Both the position numbers and the translations under genes were made by a program. Below are positions 12,601 through 24,042 of a stretch of 64,000 bases of DNA, in pieces (the stretch's first letter is position 1; every line of letters begins with the position of its first letter). The stretch lies in assembly GCF_036365525.1 (NCBI RefSeq), contig NC_090395.1, positions 58,417,805 through 58,481,804 on the forward strand, in the 5' to 3' direction. Source of the DNA: Heterodontus francisci (Eukaryota). Under the pieces are notes generated by a model. It made no database searches and had not been told where the DNA came from. It saw only the letters and a program-made list of their open reading frames with translations.

Positions 12601-14046
12601 TCCTCCTCTTCAGTCTCCCCGCTAAGGTTCCCATCCCCCTGCCATTCTAGTTTAAATCCTCCCCAACAGCACTAGCAAACACCCCTGTGAGGACATCGGT
12701 TACAGTCCTGCCTGGGTGTAACCCATCCTGCTTGTACAGGTCCCACCTTCCCCAGAACCGGTCCCGATATCCCAGGAATTGAAATCCCTCCCTCCTGCAC
12801 CATTTCTCTAGCCGCGCATTCATCTGGTCTATTCTCCTGTTCCTATACTCACTAACACGTGGCACAGGAAGTAATCCTGAGATTACTACCTTTTGAGGTT
12901 CTGCCTTTTAATTTCGGTCCTAACTCCTTAAATTCATCTTGCAGGACCTCATCCCTTTTTCTACCGATGTCGTTGGTACCAACATGTACCATGACCACTG
13001 GCTGTTCACCCTTCCCCTTCAGAATGTCCTGCAGCCGCTCTGAGACATCCTTGACCCTAGCACCAGGGAGGCAACATACCATCCTGGAGTCTCGTTTGCT
13101 GCCAAAGAAACGCTTGTCTGTTACCCTTACAATTGAATCTCCTATCACAATGGCTCTCCCAGTCTTTTTCCTCCTTTCCTGTGCAGCAGAGCCATCCGTG
13201 GTGCCATGAACTTAGCTGTTGTTGCTTTCCCTTGGGAGGCCATTCCCCCCCCCCCCCAAAAGTACTCAAGGTGATATATCTGTTTGTTTGAGAGGGGGAT
13301 GGCCACAGGGGACTCCTGCACTACCTGCCTGCGCCTACTGCTCCGCCTGGTAGTCACTTATCCCTTTTCTGCCCGTGCAGCCATTACTTGCAGTGTGACC
13401 ACCTCGCTAAATATGTTATCCATGACCTCCTCGGCATCGTGGATGCTCCACAGTGAATCCATCCGCAGCTCCAGCTGCGCAATGCGGTCAGCCAGTAGCT
13501 GCAGCTGGACACACTTCCTACACTTATGGTCGCCAGGGACACTGAAAGTGTCCCTGATTTCCCACATAGCACAGGAAGAGCATGCCACGGGGCTGAGCTC
13601 TCCTACCATGACTTACCTTTAGATTAAGCTCCTTAGTTACTCCCTTTAATTTGGAGTACTAATTACTCTAGGGACCTTATTCCACTCCAAACACGACCTA
13701 CTACAATCTAAAGTTCCTACCTTTACTTTTACTTCAGCTACTGAAAGTAGTAAAAAAAAAAGTAGAAATACCCACCTGTTCCTACTTAGCAATCAGCTGC
13801 CTCCCCTTGCAGCATGTCACTTTCTCAACTGTGACGTCAATCGTGGAACTCTCTTGCTGTCCCTGTGAGAGTATGCCTCTTTTAAGCCGCTGGAACTCCC
13901 GCTCACTGGTGCCTGTCCCCTGGTAGGTCCGCCTTGATCTCAGTCTTTCCCACCACCACTGCTCTTTTGAACTGTGCCGGTCTCACTTAGTCTTGCTCCT
14001 TCCCACTGCTGCTGCTCTTTTAAACTGTGCCGGTCTCGCTCAGTCT
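9608..14046 (-). mobile_element. Near full-length CR1 LINE (5'UTR, ORF1 zinc finger/coiled coil + SGNH esterase, ORF2 APE endonuclease + RT), frameshifted
   Basis: ORF1: CSSC...CRKC then a Leu-rich helix (13358-13609); GDSIVR/GAR/HVGTND (12852-13148); DGLHP (12647-12865). ORF2: GGGVALLVK...VYRPP...GEFN (12001-12318); RT FQKAFDKVPH, GVPQGSVLG, FADN (9882-10988); CR1 3' tail. Confidence 0.95.
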
Positions 14047-14620
14047 CCTTATGGACTTTATCAAATGCCTTTTGGAAGTCCATATAAATAACATACATTG
14101 ACATTGCCCTGTCCACTACTTTAGTCACCTCTTCAAAAAATTTGATCAGGTTTATCAGGCATGACCTACCCTTTATAAATCCATGTTGGCTCCCTCTGAT
14201 CAGCTGAAGAGGGAAATTATTGAATTTCTTTTTCCTGGTAGTGCAAGGTGTTCAGTCACTCTATCCTTAATTGTAGACTCTAGTAATTTCCTGACAGCGA
14301 ATGTTAGGCTAACTGGTCTATAATTCTCTGGTTTTCCTCTCTCATCTTTCTTAAATAGTGGAGTAACATGTGCAATTTTCCAATCTAAAGGGAATGCTGC
14401 CAAATCAAGAGAAATTTGGAAAATTATAGCTGGGGTATCTGCAATGTTTTCATTTCCTTTTAAAACCCTGTGTGGAAACTATCTGGCCCTGGGATTTAAC
14501 ACTCCTTAATGCCATTATTTTCTTCATTACTGTTATTTGGCTTCGTTTCAATGAGTCCCTGTCCCTGAATGAATATTAGTTGCCTTGGTATCTCTGTACG
14601 GTAAATACTGATGTAACATT
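14046..14620 (-). mobile_element. Older CR1 LINE, upstream segment
   Basis: DFQKAFDKV (ORF 13940-14128) and DWKIAHVTPLFKK...NYRPVSLT (ORF 14200-14403). Confidence 0.8.
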
Positions 14621-15409
14621 CCCTACTGGATTTATTGGCAGCTACCTTGGAGCCATAGAGTCATGTGTCCCCCAGTTTTGGTCTCCCCCACAAGTGGAAA
14701 CATCTTCTCTACAGCTACCCTATCAAACCTTTTCATAATCTTAAAGACCTCAATGGGGTGACCCTTCCGCTTCACTTTTCTAGAGAAAAGAGCCCCCAAC
14801 TTGTTCAGCCTTTCTTAATAAGCATTTCCTCTTAGTTCTGGTATTATCTTTTTGCATCTTCTCAACATTTACAAATGCTGAATTGTGTATTGAAAAAATA
14901 ATACTGCTTTACTACAGTTATTCCTCCATCTGTTATTACCATTCAGCCATTATCCTCAGCTATCAAAGATACTACATTAAGCAGAAAATAACAAAAATAT
15001 CAGGGCAACCTGGGCTTTTTTTTTCTTAGTCACTCAGTGTAATAAACTTTGCCAAAACAAAACCATAACCCTTTTTAGTTGTCCTGAAACAGATAACATT
15101 CAAGTTGCTGCGCACAGTTATCACTCACCTTCATGTTTGCCCAGGTCAACTGTAATGCCTTCTCATTTAAGAGACAAACTTCAGAGTACATATTAAGCAA
15201 TTTTTAGTAAGATTCTGCTTTTCTTGCTCAGAACCTCTTGTAACTTATTTTTGTGAATTTATTGCTATATCATTTGGATTGATTTTATCTTTTGAGTAGG
15301 AGCACGGCCCAGCAAGTGGCCAATCTGTCAATCTTGGCTTATTTTAATGGCCGGGTTTCATTAGCATGCCACTTGCCTAATTCCCAAACAAGTGGGCCTC
15401 AGCACAGCG

Positions 15410-15627
15410 TAATCTGTTTTCATGATGTTGATGAAGACAAATATTGGCCAGGACACTGGGGAGCACACCCCTCTTCAAAATAGTGTTGCAGGATCTTTTA
15501 TGTCCACTTTTATGCACCACTAGACAGTCTCATCCTACAGCTGGCACAGCACCTGCAATAGTGCAGCGCTCCCTCAGTACTGTACAAAGTGTTAGCCTGG
15601 CTTGGTTGCTGAAGCTCTGGACTGGAA
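15410..15627 (-). mobile_element. Deu-like tRNA SINE body (head displaced to 20141-20204)
   Basis: Homologous to the SINE at 5230-5653 (aatattggccaggacactgggg...aaatagtg...gatcttttatgtccac...ctccctcagtactg); cut at its B box by LINE insertions. Confidence 0.65.
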
Positions 15628-18320
15628 TTTTTTTAAAAATATTTGTTCATAGGATGTGGATGTTGTTGGAAAGGCCAGCATTATTGGTTATCCCTAATTG
15701 GCCCTGAGAAGGTGCTGCTGAGGCACCTTCTTGAACCGTTGCAGTCACGTGTGGGTACACCCATGGTGCTGTTAGGTAGGGAGTTCCAGAATTGTGACCC
15801 AGTGACAATAAAGAAATGATATATTTCCAAGTCAGGATGGTGTGTGACTTGGAGGTAACGTGCACCTTGGAGGTAACGTGCATGTGGTGGAGTTCCCATG
15901 TGTCTGCTGCCCTTGTTCTAGGTGAATTGTTGCAGTACATCTTGTAGATGGTACACACTGCTGCCTGTATGTGTCTGTGGTGGAGGGAGTGAATGTTTAA
16001 GGTGGTGGATGGGGTATCAATCAAGTGAGCTGCTTTGTCCTGGATGGTGTTGCGCTTCTTGAGTGTTGTTGGAGCTGTACCCATCCAGGGAAATGAGTTG
16101 TATTCCATCACATGTGAGTCAGGAGGTGTGTGACTTGCTGCAGAATTAGAATAGAATCATTGAATAGAATGGTTACAACACAGAATAGGCCATTCAGCCC
16201 CTCCAGTCTGTGCCAGCTCTCTGCAAGAGCAACTCAGCTAGTCCCACTCCCCTATCCTTTTCCCGGTAGACCTGAAAATGTTTTTTCTTCAGATAATTAA
16301 CCAATTCCTTTTTCAAAGCTATGATTGAATCTACCTCCACCACATTCTCAGGCAGTGCATTCCCGATCCTAGCCACACCCTGTGTTTTTTTTAAAAAAAA
16401 GTTTTTCCTCATGTTGCTCCTGTTTATTTACTGTTCACCTGAAATCAGTGTCCCCTGGTTTTCTACCCTTCCGTCAATGGGGACAGTTTCTCCCTATCTA
16501 CTCTGTTCAGACTCCATGATTTTGAATACCGCTATCAAATCTCCTCTCAACCTTCTCTTCTCTGAGGAGAACAGCCCCAGCTTCTCCAATTTATCCATGT
16601 AGCTTTAGACCCTCGTCCCTGGAACCATTCTCACAAACCTTTTTCCCCCCCCAGACTCTGACCTGCTCTTGTTGCTACAGAATTTATATGGCTGGTTAAG
16701 ATCCTGGTTAAGGTTAACCCCCAGAATGCTGATGCTGGGGGAATTCATCGATGGTAATGCCTTTGAATGTCAAGGAGAGATGATTATATTCTCTTTTGTT
16801 AGAGATGGTCATTGCATGACCACTCGTGTGGCACAAAGTTACTTGTCACCGAATGTTGTCCAGGTCTGACTGCAAGCGGGCATGAGCTGCTTCATTATCT
16901 GAAGAGCTGTAAATGGAACTGAACACTCTGCAATCATCAATGAACATCCCCATTTCGAACCTTATGATGGAGCGTTAGTCATTGAAGCAGCTGAAGATTG
17001 TTGGGCCTAGGACACTACCGTGAGGAACTCCTACAGCGATGTCCTGCGACTGAGCTGGTTGGTTTCCAAAAACCACAACCATCTTCCTTTCTACTAGGTA
17101 TGACTCCAACCAGTGGAGAGTTTTCCCCCTTGATTCCCACTGACTTCAGTTTTACTCAGGCTTTTTGATGCCAAGTTTGGTCAAATGCTGCCTTGATGTC
17201 AAGGGCACTCACTTTCACCTCCACCTCTGGAATTCAGCTGTTTTCTCCATGTTTGACTGTAATGAGGGCTGGAGTTGAGTGGTCTTGGCACAACTCAAAC
17301 TGAACAGGTTATTGGTGAGTCATGCTTGGTAGCATTGCCAATGACACCTTCCATCATTTTGTTGATGATTGACAGTAGACTGAGAAGTGATTGGCCAGAT
17401 TGGATTTGCCCTGCTTTTTGTGAACTGGAGATATTGGGGAAATTTTCCACTTTGTCAGGTAGATGCCAGTGTTATAGCTGTACTGGAACAGGTCGTTCTG
17501 AAGCACAAATCTTGAGCTGCACAGCTGGGGTGTTGTCTGGGCCCACAGCCTTTGCTGTATTCAGTGTGCTCGGCTGTTTCTTGTTATCTCATGGAGTAAA
17601 TCGAATTGGCCGAAGACTGGCAACTGTGATCCGCTCAGCACTTCAGGCTGAAGAAGGCTGCAAACGCTGAAGCCTTGTCTTTTGCATTTGTGGTGGGCTC
17701 CCCCATTATTGAGGATGGGGATATTTTTGGAGCCTCCTCCTCCCATTGTTTAATTGTCCACCACTGTTCTCAACTGGATGTGGCAGGACTTCAGAGCTTT
17801 GACCTGATCCATTGGTTGTGGGATCAAATGGCTTAGAGAGTAGCATGCTGCTTTGGCTGTTTAATATCCTGTGTTGTAACTTCAACAGATCGGCAATTCA
17901 ATTTTAGATATGCTTAACCCGCCTCCTGTCATGCTGTCCTACACTCCTCATTGAACCAGAGTTTGTCCCCTAGCTTGATAGTAATGGTAGAGTGAGCGGT
18001 CATGAGGTTAAAGATTGTGGTGGATTACAATTCTGCTGCTGCTGATGGCCTATAACCTCTCATGGGTGCCTAGTTTGAGCTGCTTGCTCCGTTCTGAGTC
18101 TATTGCATTTAGGATGGTGGTAGTGCCACGCAACACGATGGAAGGTGTCTTCTGTGAAGATGGAAGTTCATCTCTACAAGGACTATGTGGTAGTCACAAC
18201 TACCAATATTTTCATCAGTAGGTGCGTCTGCAAAAGATTACGGTCAAGTAGGTTTTTCCCTTGCTTTATTTCCCTTACAGTTGCAGACCCAGTCTAGCAG
18301 CTATGTCCTTTAGGACTTGC
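15628..18320 (-). mobile_element. Older, decayed copy of the tRNA-headed EN+RT LINE family (interrupted by CR1 at 16147-16645)
   Basis: Colinear with 20384-22751; ORF 15647-16111 MEYNSFPWM...TIQDKAAHLI...HSLHHRH...CTIYKM. Confidence 0.85.
16147..16645 (-). mobile_element. CR1 3' fragment
   Basis: tagaatagaatcattgaatagaat tail; ORF MRKNFF...NALPENVVEVDSIIALKKEL, the CR1 ORF2 C-terminus. Confidence 0.85.
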
Positions 18321-18321
18321 A

Positions 18322-19978
18322 GCTTTTTTTTATTTGTTTGTGGGATGTGGGTGTTGACGGCTAGAGCAAGATTTATTGCCCATCCCTAGTTGCCCTTGAG
18401 AAGGTGGCAATGAGCTGCCACCTTGAACCGCTGCAGTCCTTGGGTGAGGGTTTGTTGGGAAGGGAGTTTCAAGAATTTGGCCCAGGGACAGTGAAGGAAT
18501 GGCGATATAGTTCCAAGTCAGGATGGTGTGTGGCTTGGAGGTGAACTTGCAGGTGGTGGTGTTCCCATGCATCTGCTTCCCTTGTCCTTCTAGTTGGTAG
18601 AGGTCACGGGTTCAGACGGTACTGTCGAAGGAACCTTGGTGAGTTGCTGCAGTGCATCTTGTAGATGGTGCACACTGCTGCCACTGTGCTTTGGTGGTGA
18701 GGAGGGTGAATGTTTAAGATGGTGAACGGGATGCCAATCAAACAGGCTGCTTTGTCCTAGATGGTATTGAACTCCTCGAGTGTTGTTGGAGCTGCACCCA
18801 TCCAGGCAAATGGAAAGTATTCTATCACACTCCTGACTTGTGTCTTGTAGATGGTAGACAGGCACTGGGGAGACGGGAGGTAAGTTACCCGCCTCAGAAT
18901 TCCTAGTCTCTGACCTGTTCTTGTAACCCCAGCATTTATGTGGCTGGTTCAGTTTCTGGTAACTCCCATGATGTTGATAGTGGGGGATACAGTGATGGTA
19001 ATTCCATTGACTATCAAGGGGCGATGCTTAGATTCTCTCTTGCTTAAGATGTCATTGCCTGGCACTTGTGTGGTGCTTGTTACTTGCCACTTATCGACCC
19101 AAGCCTGTATGTTGCCCAGGTCTTGCTGCATCTGGACATGGGCTGCTTCAGTATCTGAGGAGTCGTGAATAGTGCTGAACATTGTGCAATCACCAGCGAA
19201 CATCCCCGCTTCTGACCTTATGATGGCTGGCAGGTCATTGAAGCAGCTGAAGATGGTTGTGCCTAGGACACTACCCTGAAGAACTCCTGCAGTGATGTCC
19301 TGGTATGATTGACCTCCAACAACCATAACCATCTTCTTTTGTGCTAGCTATGACTCCAACCAGCGGAAAGTTTTCTCCCTGATTCCCATTGACTCCTGTT
19401 TTGCTAGGGCTTCTTGATGCCAGACTCGGTCAGATGCTGATTTGATGTCAAGGGCAGTCACTCTCATCTCACCTCTGGAGTTCAGCAGTTTTGTCCATGT
19501 TTGGACCAAGGCTTTAATGAGGTCAGGAACTGAGTGGCCCTGGCAGAACCCAAACTGTCAGTGAACAGGTTATTGCTGAGCAAGCACTGCTTGATAGCAC
19601 TATCGACGACCCCTTCCATCACTTTGCTGATGATCGCAAGTAGACTGATAAGGTGGTAATTGGCTGGGTTGGATTTGTCCTGCTTTTTGTGGCCAGGACA
19701 TACCTAGGCAATTTTCTACATTGCCAGTTAGATGTCAGTGTTGTAATTGTACTGGAATAGCTTGGCTAGGGGTGTGGCTAGTTTTGGAGCACAAGTACTA
19801 TTGCTGGAATGTTTTCAGGGTCCATAGCCTTTGCAGTATCCAGTGCCTTCAGCCATTTCTTGATATCACGTGGCGTGAATCAGATTGGCTGAAGATTGGC
19901 ATCTGTGATGTTGGAGACCTCAGGAGGAGGCCGAGAAGGATCATCGAGGGATCCAATCGGCTCTTCTGGCTGAAGCAT
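18322..19978 (-). mobile_element. Second copy (RT half) of the tRNA-headed LINE family
   Basis: Colinear with 20384-22047; ITAGVLQGSVLGTTIFSCFNDL...MFAGD; possible TSD ttgcagc/ttgcatc. Confidence 0.85.
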
Positions 19979-19984
19979 TTGCAT

Positions 19985-20140
19985 CAGTCTGGTAGTTTTA
20001 TGGTCACCATTACTGATTCTTGCTTTTTGTTCGAGATTTATTTTATAATTGAATTTAAATTCCCCAGCTGCTTTGGTAGGATTTGAACTCGTGTCTCCAG
20101 ATTACTAGTCCAGTAACATAACAACTATGCTACCACCCCC
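19985..20140 (-). mobile_element. tRNA-derived 5' head of the same LINE family
   Basis: Minus: ggggtggtagcatagttgttatgttactggactagtaatctggagacacgagttcaaatcc; homologous to 23490-23650. Confidence 0.75.
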
Positions 20141-20204
20141 ATTGAACCAATGACCACCTGAATCAAAAGGAGAGAGTGCTACCACTGAGCCATGGTTGGC
20201 ACCT
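20141..20204 (-). mobile_element. tRNA head of the Deu-like SINE whose body is at 15410-15627
   Basis: gagagtgctaccactgagccatggttg matches 5623-5648. Confidence 0.65.
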
Positions 20205-20383
20205 GGGAAAAAGCTCAGATTAACTATAGTGCAACACCAAGAATAACGTACTAACAATTTTCAATCTGTTGCAGCCTGTGAGATTTCCAAAATAACCAAC
20301 TACTGGAACTAAATTTTATAGTCTAACTCTCACCAAATCCCATTCACGCATCAACCCTGTGTTAGCTGACCTACGCTGGCTCC

Positions 20384-23300
20384 TTATTTTTATTTAATTC
20401 ATTCGTGGGATGTGGGTGTCGCTGGCCAGGCCATCCCTAATTGCCCTTGGTGGTGGTGAGCTGCCTTCTTCAACCGCTGCTGTCCATTTGGGGTAGGTAT
20501 ACCCACAGTGCTGTTAGGGAGGGAGTTCCAGGATTTTGACCCAGCGACAGTGAAGGAACGGCGATATAGTTCCAAGTCAGGATGGTGTGTGACTTGGAGG
20601 GGAACTTGCAGGTGGTGGTGTTCCCAAGCATTTGCTGCCCTTGTCCTTCTAGTTGTTAGAGGTCACAGGTTTGGAAGGTGCTGTCTAAGGAGCCTTGGTA
20701 CATTGCTGCAGTGCATCTTGTAGATGGTACACACTGCTGCCACTGTGCATCGGTGGTGGAGGGAGTGAATGTTTGTAGATGGGGTGCCAGTCAAGCGTTC
20801 TGCTTTGTCCTGTATGGTGTCGAGCTTCTTGAGTGTTTTTGGAGCTGCATCCATCCAGGCAAGTGGAGAGTATTCCATAACACTCCTGACTTGTGCCTTG
20901 TAGATGGTGGACAAGCTTTGGGGAGTCAGGAGGTGAGTTACTCGCCTCAGGATTCCTAGCCTCTGACCTGCTCTTGTAGCCATGGTATTTATATGGCTAC
21001 TCCAGTTCTGTTTCTGGTCAATGGTAGCCCCTAGAATGTTGATAGTGGGGGATTCAGCGATGGTAATGCTGTTGAATGTCAAAGGGAGATGGTTAGATTC
21101 TCTCGTTGGCGATGGTCATTGCCTGGCACTTGTGTGGCGCGAATGTTACTGCCACTTATCAGCCCAAGCCTGGATATGGTCCAGGTCTTGCTGCATTTCT
21201 GCATGGACTGCTTCAGTATCTGAGGAGTCACGAGTGGTGCCGAACATTGTGTAATCATCAGTGAACATCACCACTTCTGACCTTATGATTGAAGGAAGGT
21301 CATTGATGAAGCAGTTGAAGACGGTTGGGCCTAAGACACTACCCTGAGGAACTCCTGCAGTGATGTCCCGGAGCTCAGATGATTGACCAACAACCACAAC
21401 CATCTTCCTTTGCGCTAGGTATGACTCCAGCCAGCGGAGGGTTTTCCCCCTGATTCCCAATGACCTCAGTTTTGCTAGGGCTCCTTGATGCCATACTTGG
21501 TCAAATGCTGCCTTGATGTCAAGGGCAGTCACTCTCACCTCACCTCTTGAGTTCAGCCCTTTTGTCCATGTTTGAACCAAGACTGTCCTGAGGTCAGGAG
21601 TTGAGTGGCCCTGGCAGAACTCAAACTAAGCGTCACTGAGCAGGTTATTTCTAAGCAAGTGGTTGATAGCATTGTTAGTGACACCTTCCATCAATTTACT
21701 GATCGAGGATCAAGAGTAGACTAATGGGGCGATAATTGGCTGGGTTGGAGTGTACTGCATTTTGAGTACAGGACATATCTGGACAATTTTGCACATTACA
21801 GGGTAGATGCTAGTGTTGTAGCTGTACTGGAACAGCTTGGCTAGGGGCGCGGCAAGTTCTGGAGCCCAGGTCTTCAGTACTATTGCCGGAATATTGTCAG
21901 GGTCCGTAGCTTTTGCAGTATCCAGTGCCTTCAGTCGTTTCTTGATATCACGCGGAGTGAATCGAATTGGCTGAAGTCTGGCATCTGTGATGCTGGGGAC
22001 TTCAGGAGGAGGCCGAGATGGATCATCAGCTCAGCACTTCTGGCTGAAGATTGTTGCAATGCTTCAGCCTTATCTTTCGCACTGATGTGCTGGGCTCCCC
22101 CATCATTGAGGATGGGGATATTTGTGGAGCCACCTCCTCCAGTTAGTTGTTTAAATGTCCACCACCATTCACGGCTGGATGTGGCAGGACTGCAGAGCTT
22201 AGATCTGATCCGATGGTTATGGGATCGCGTAGCTCTGTCTATTGCATGCTGATTATGCAGTTTGGTACGCAGATAGTCCTGTGTTGTAGCTTCACCAGGT
22301 TGACGCCTCATTTTGAGGTTTGCCTGGTGCTGCTCCTGGCATGCCCTCCTGCACTCTTCATTGAACCAGGGTTGGTCTCCTGGCTTGATGATAAGTGAAG
22401 AGTGGGGGATATGCTGGACCATGAGGTTACAGATTGTGGTTGAGTACAATTCTGCTGCTGCTGATGGCCCACAGCGCCTCATGGATGCCCAGTTTTGCAT
22501 TGCTAGATCTGTTCGAAATCTATCCCATTTAGCACGGTGGTAGTGCCACACAACACGATGGAGGGTGTCCTCAATGAGAAGGCGGGACTTTGTCTCCACA
22601 ATGTGCAGCGGTCACTCCTACCAATACTGTCATGGACAGATGCATCTGCGGCAGGCAGATTGGTGAGGACGAGGTCAAGTATGTTTTCCCCTCTTGTTGG
22701 TTCCCTCACCACCTGCCGCATACCCAGTCTAGCAGATATGTCCTTTAGGACTCAGCCAGCTTGGTCAGTAGTGGTGCTACCGAGCCACTCTTGGTGATGG
22801 ACATTGAAGTCCCCCACCCAGAGTACATTTTGTGCCCTCGCCACCCTCAGTGCTTCCTCCAAGTGCTGTTCAACATGGAGGAGTACTGACTCATCAGCTG
22901 AGGGAGGGCGGTAGATGGTAATCAGCAGGAGGTTTCCTTGTCCATGTTTGATCTGATGCCATGACACTTCATGGGGTCTGGTGTTGATGTTGAGGACTCC
23001 CAGGGCAACTCCCTCCCTACTGCATACCACTGTGCCACCACTTCTGGTGGGTCTGTCCTGCCGGTGGGACAGGACATACCCAGGGATGGTGATGGCAGTG
23101 TCTGGGACATTGTAAGGTATGATTCCGTGAGTATGACTATGTCAGGCTGTTGCTTGACTAATCTGTGGGACAGCTCTCCCAACTTTGGCACAAGCCCCCA
23201 GATGTTAGTAAGGAGGACTTTGCAGGGTCGACAGGGCTGCATTTACCGTTGTCGTTTCCGGTGCCTAGGTCGATGCCGGGTGGTCCGTCCGGTTTCATTC

Positions 23301-23650
23301 CTTTTTATTGACTTCGTAGCAGTTAGATACAACTGAGTGGCTTGCTCGGCCATTTCAGAGGGCATGTAAGAGTCAACCACATTGCTGTGGGTCTGGAGTC
23401 ACATGTAGGCCAGACCAGGTAAGGACAGCAGATTTCCTTCCCTAAAGGGCATTAGTGAACCAGATGGGTTTTTACAACAATCAACAATTGTTTCATGGCC
23501 ATCATTAGAATAGCTTTTAATTCCAGATTTATTAATTGAATTCAAATACCGCCTTCTGCTGTGGTGGAATTTGAACGCATGTCACCAGAGCAATACCCTG
23601 GGTCTCTGGGTTACTAGTCCAGTGACAATACCACTACTCCACTGCCTCCC
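20384..23650 (-). mobile_element. Full-length single-ORF non-LTR retrotransposon (CR1/Jockey-group APE endonuclease + RT) with a tRNA-derived 5' head; frameshifted
   Basis: EN: LLTNIWGL...PDIVILTESYL, IYRPP, WVGDFNVHH, NILDLVLTN. RT: ALDIKAAFDQVWH, GVPQGSVLGP, MFTDD. C-terminus YKAQVRSVMEY. 5' A box 23631-23641, B box 23566-23576; A-rich tail at 20384; no ORF1. Inserted into an L2 fragment (20320-20383 / 23654-24042). Confidence 0.9.
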
Positions 23651-23653
23651 CCC

Positions 23654-24042
23654 TGTTTTAGCAACGCCTCAATTTTAACATTTTCATCCATGTTTTCAAA
23701 TCCTTCCAAAGCCTGGCCCCTCCACTCTGTGATTCCTCCAGCCCTACAAATCTCTGATATCTCTGCTCCTAAACTCAACCTCTTGAACATCCCAGATTTT
23801 TATCTGTTCACCATTGTTGGCCGTTCCTTCAGCTGCCTAGGTCCTAAGCTCTAGAATTCCCTCCCTACACCTCTCCACCTCCATTAAGACATTCCTTAAA
23901 ACCTACTTCTTTGACCAAACCTTTGGTCATCTGCCCAAATCGCTCCTTACATGGATCGGTGTCATATTTTGTTTTATAATGCCTCTGAAGTGCCTTGGGA
24001 TGGTTTATTGCATTAAAGGCGATTATATAAATACAAGTTGTC
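23654..24042 (+). mobile_element. L2 LINE 3' end (left part at ~20320-20383)
   Basis: ccttcagctgcctaggtcctaagctctagaattccctcc...ccttaaaacctacttctttgacc...tatataaatacaagttg, L2 terminus as at 54590-54853. Confidence 0.8.

Noticed and set aside
23560-23650. Functional tRNA gene (also 20080-20140, 34919-34990, 5575-5650)
   Set aside because: No proper acceptor stem or downstream T-run terminator; each continues into SINE/LINE body.
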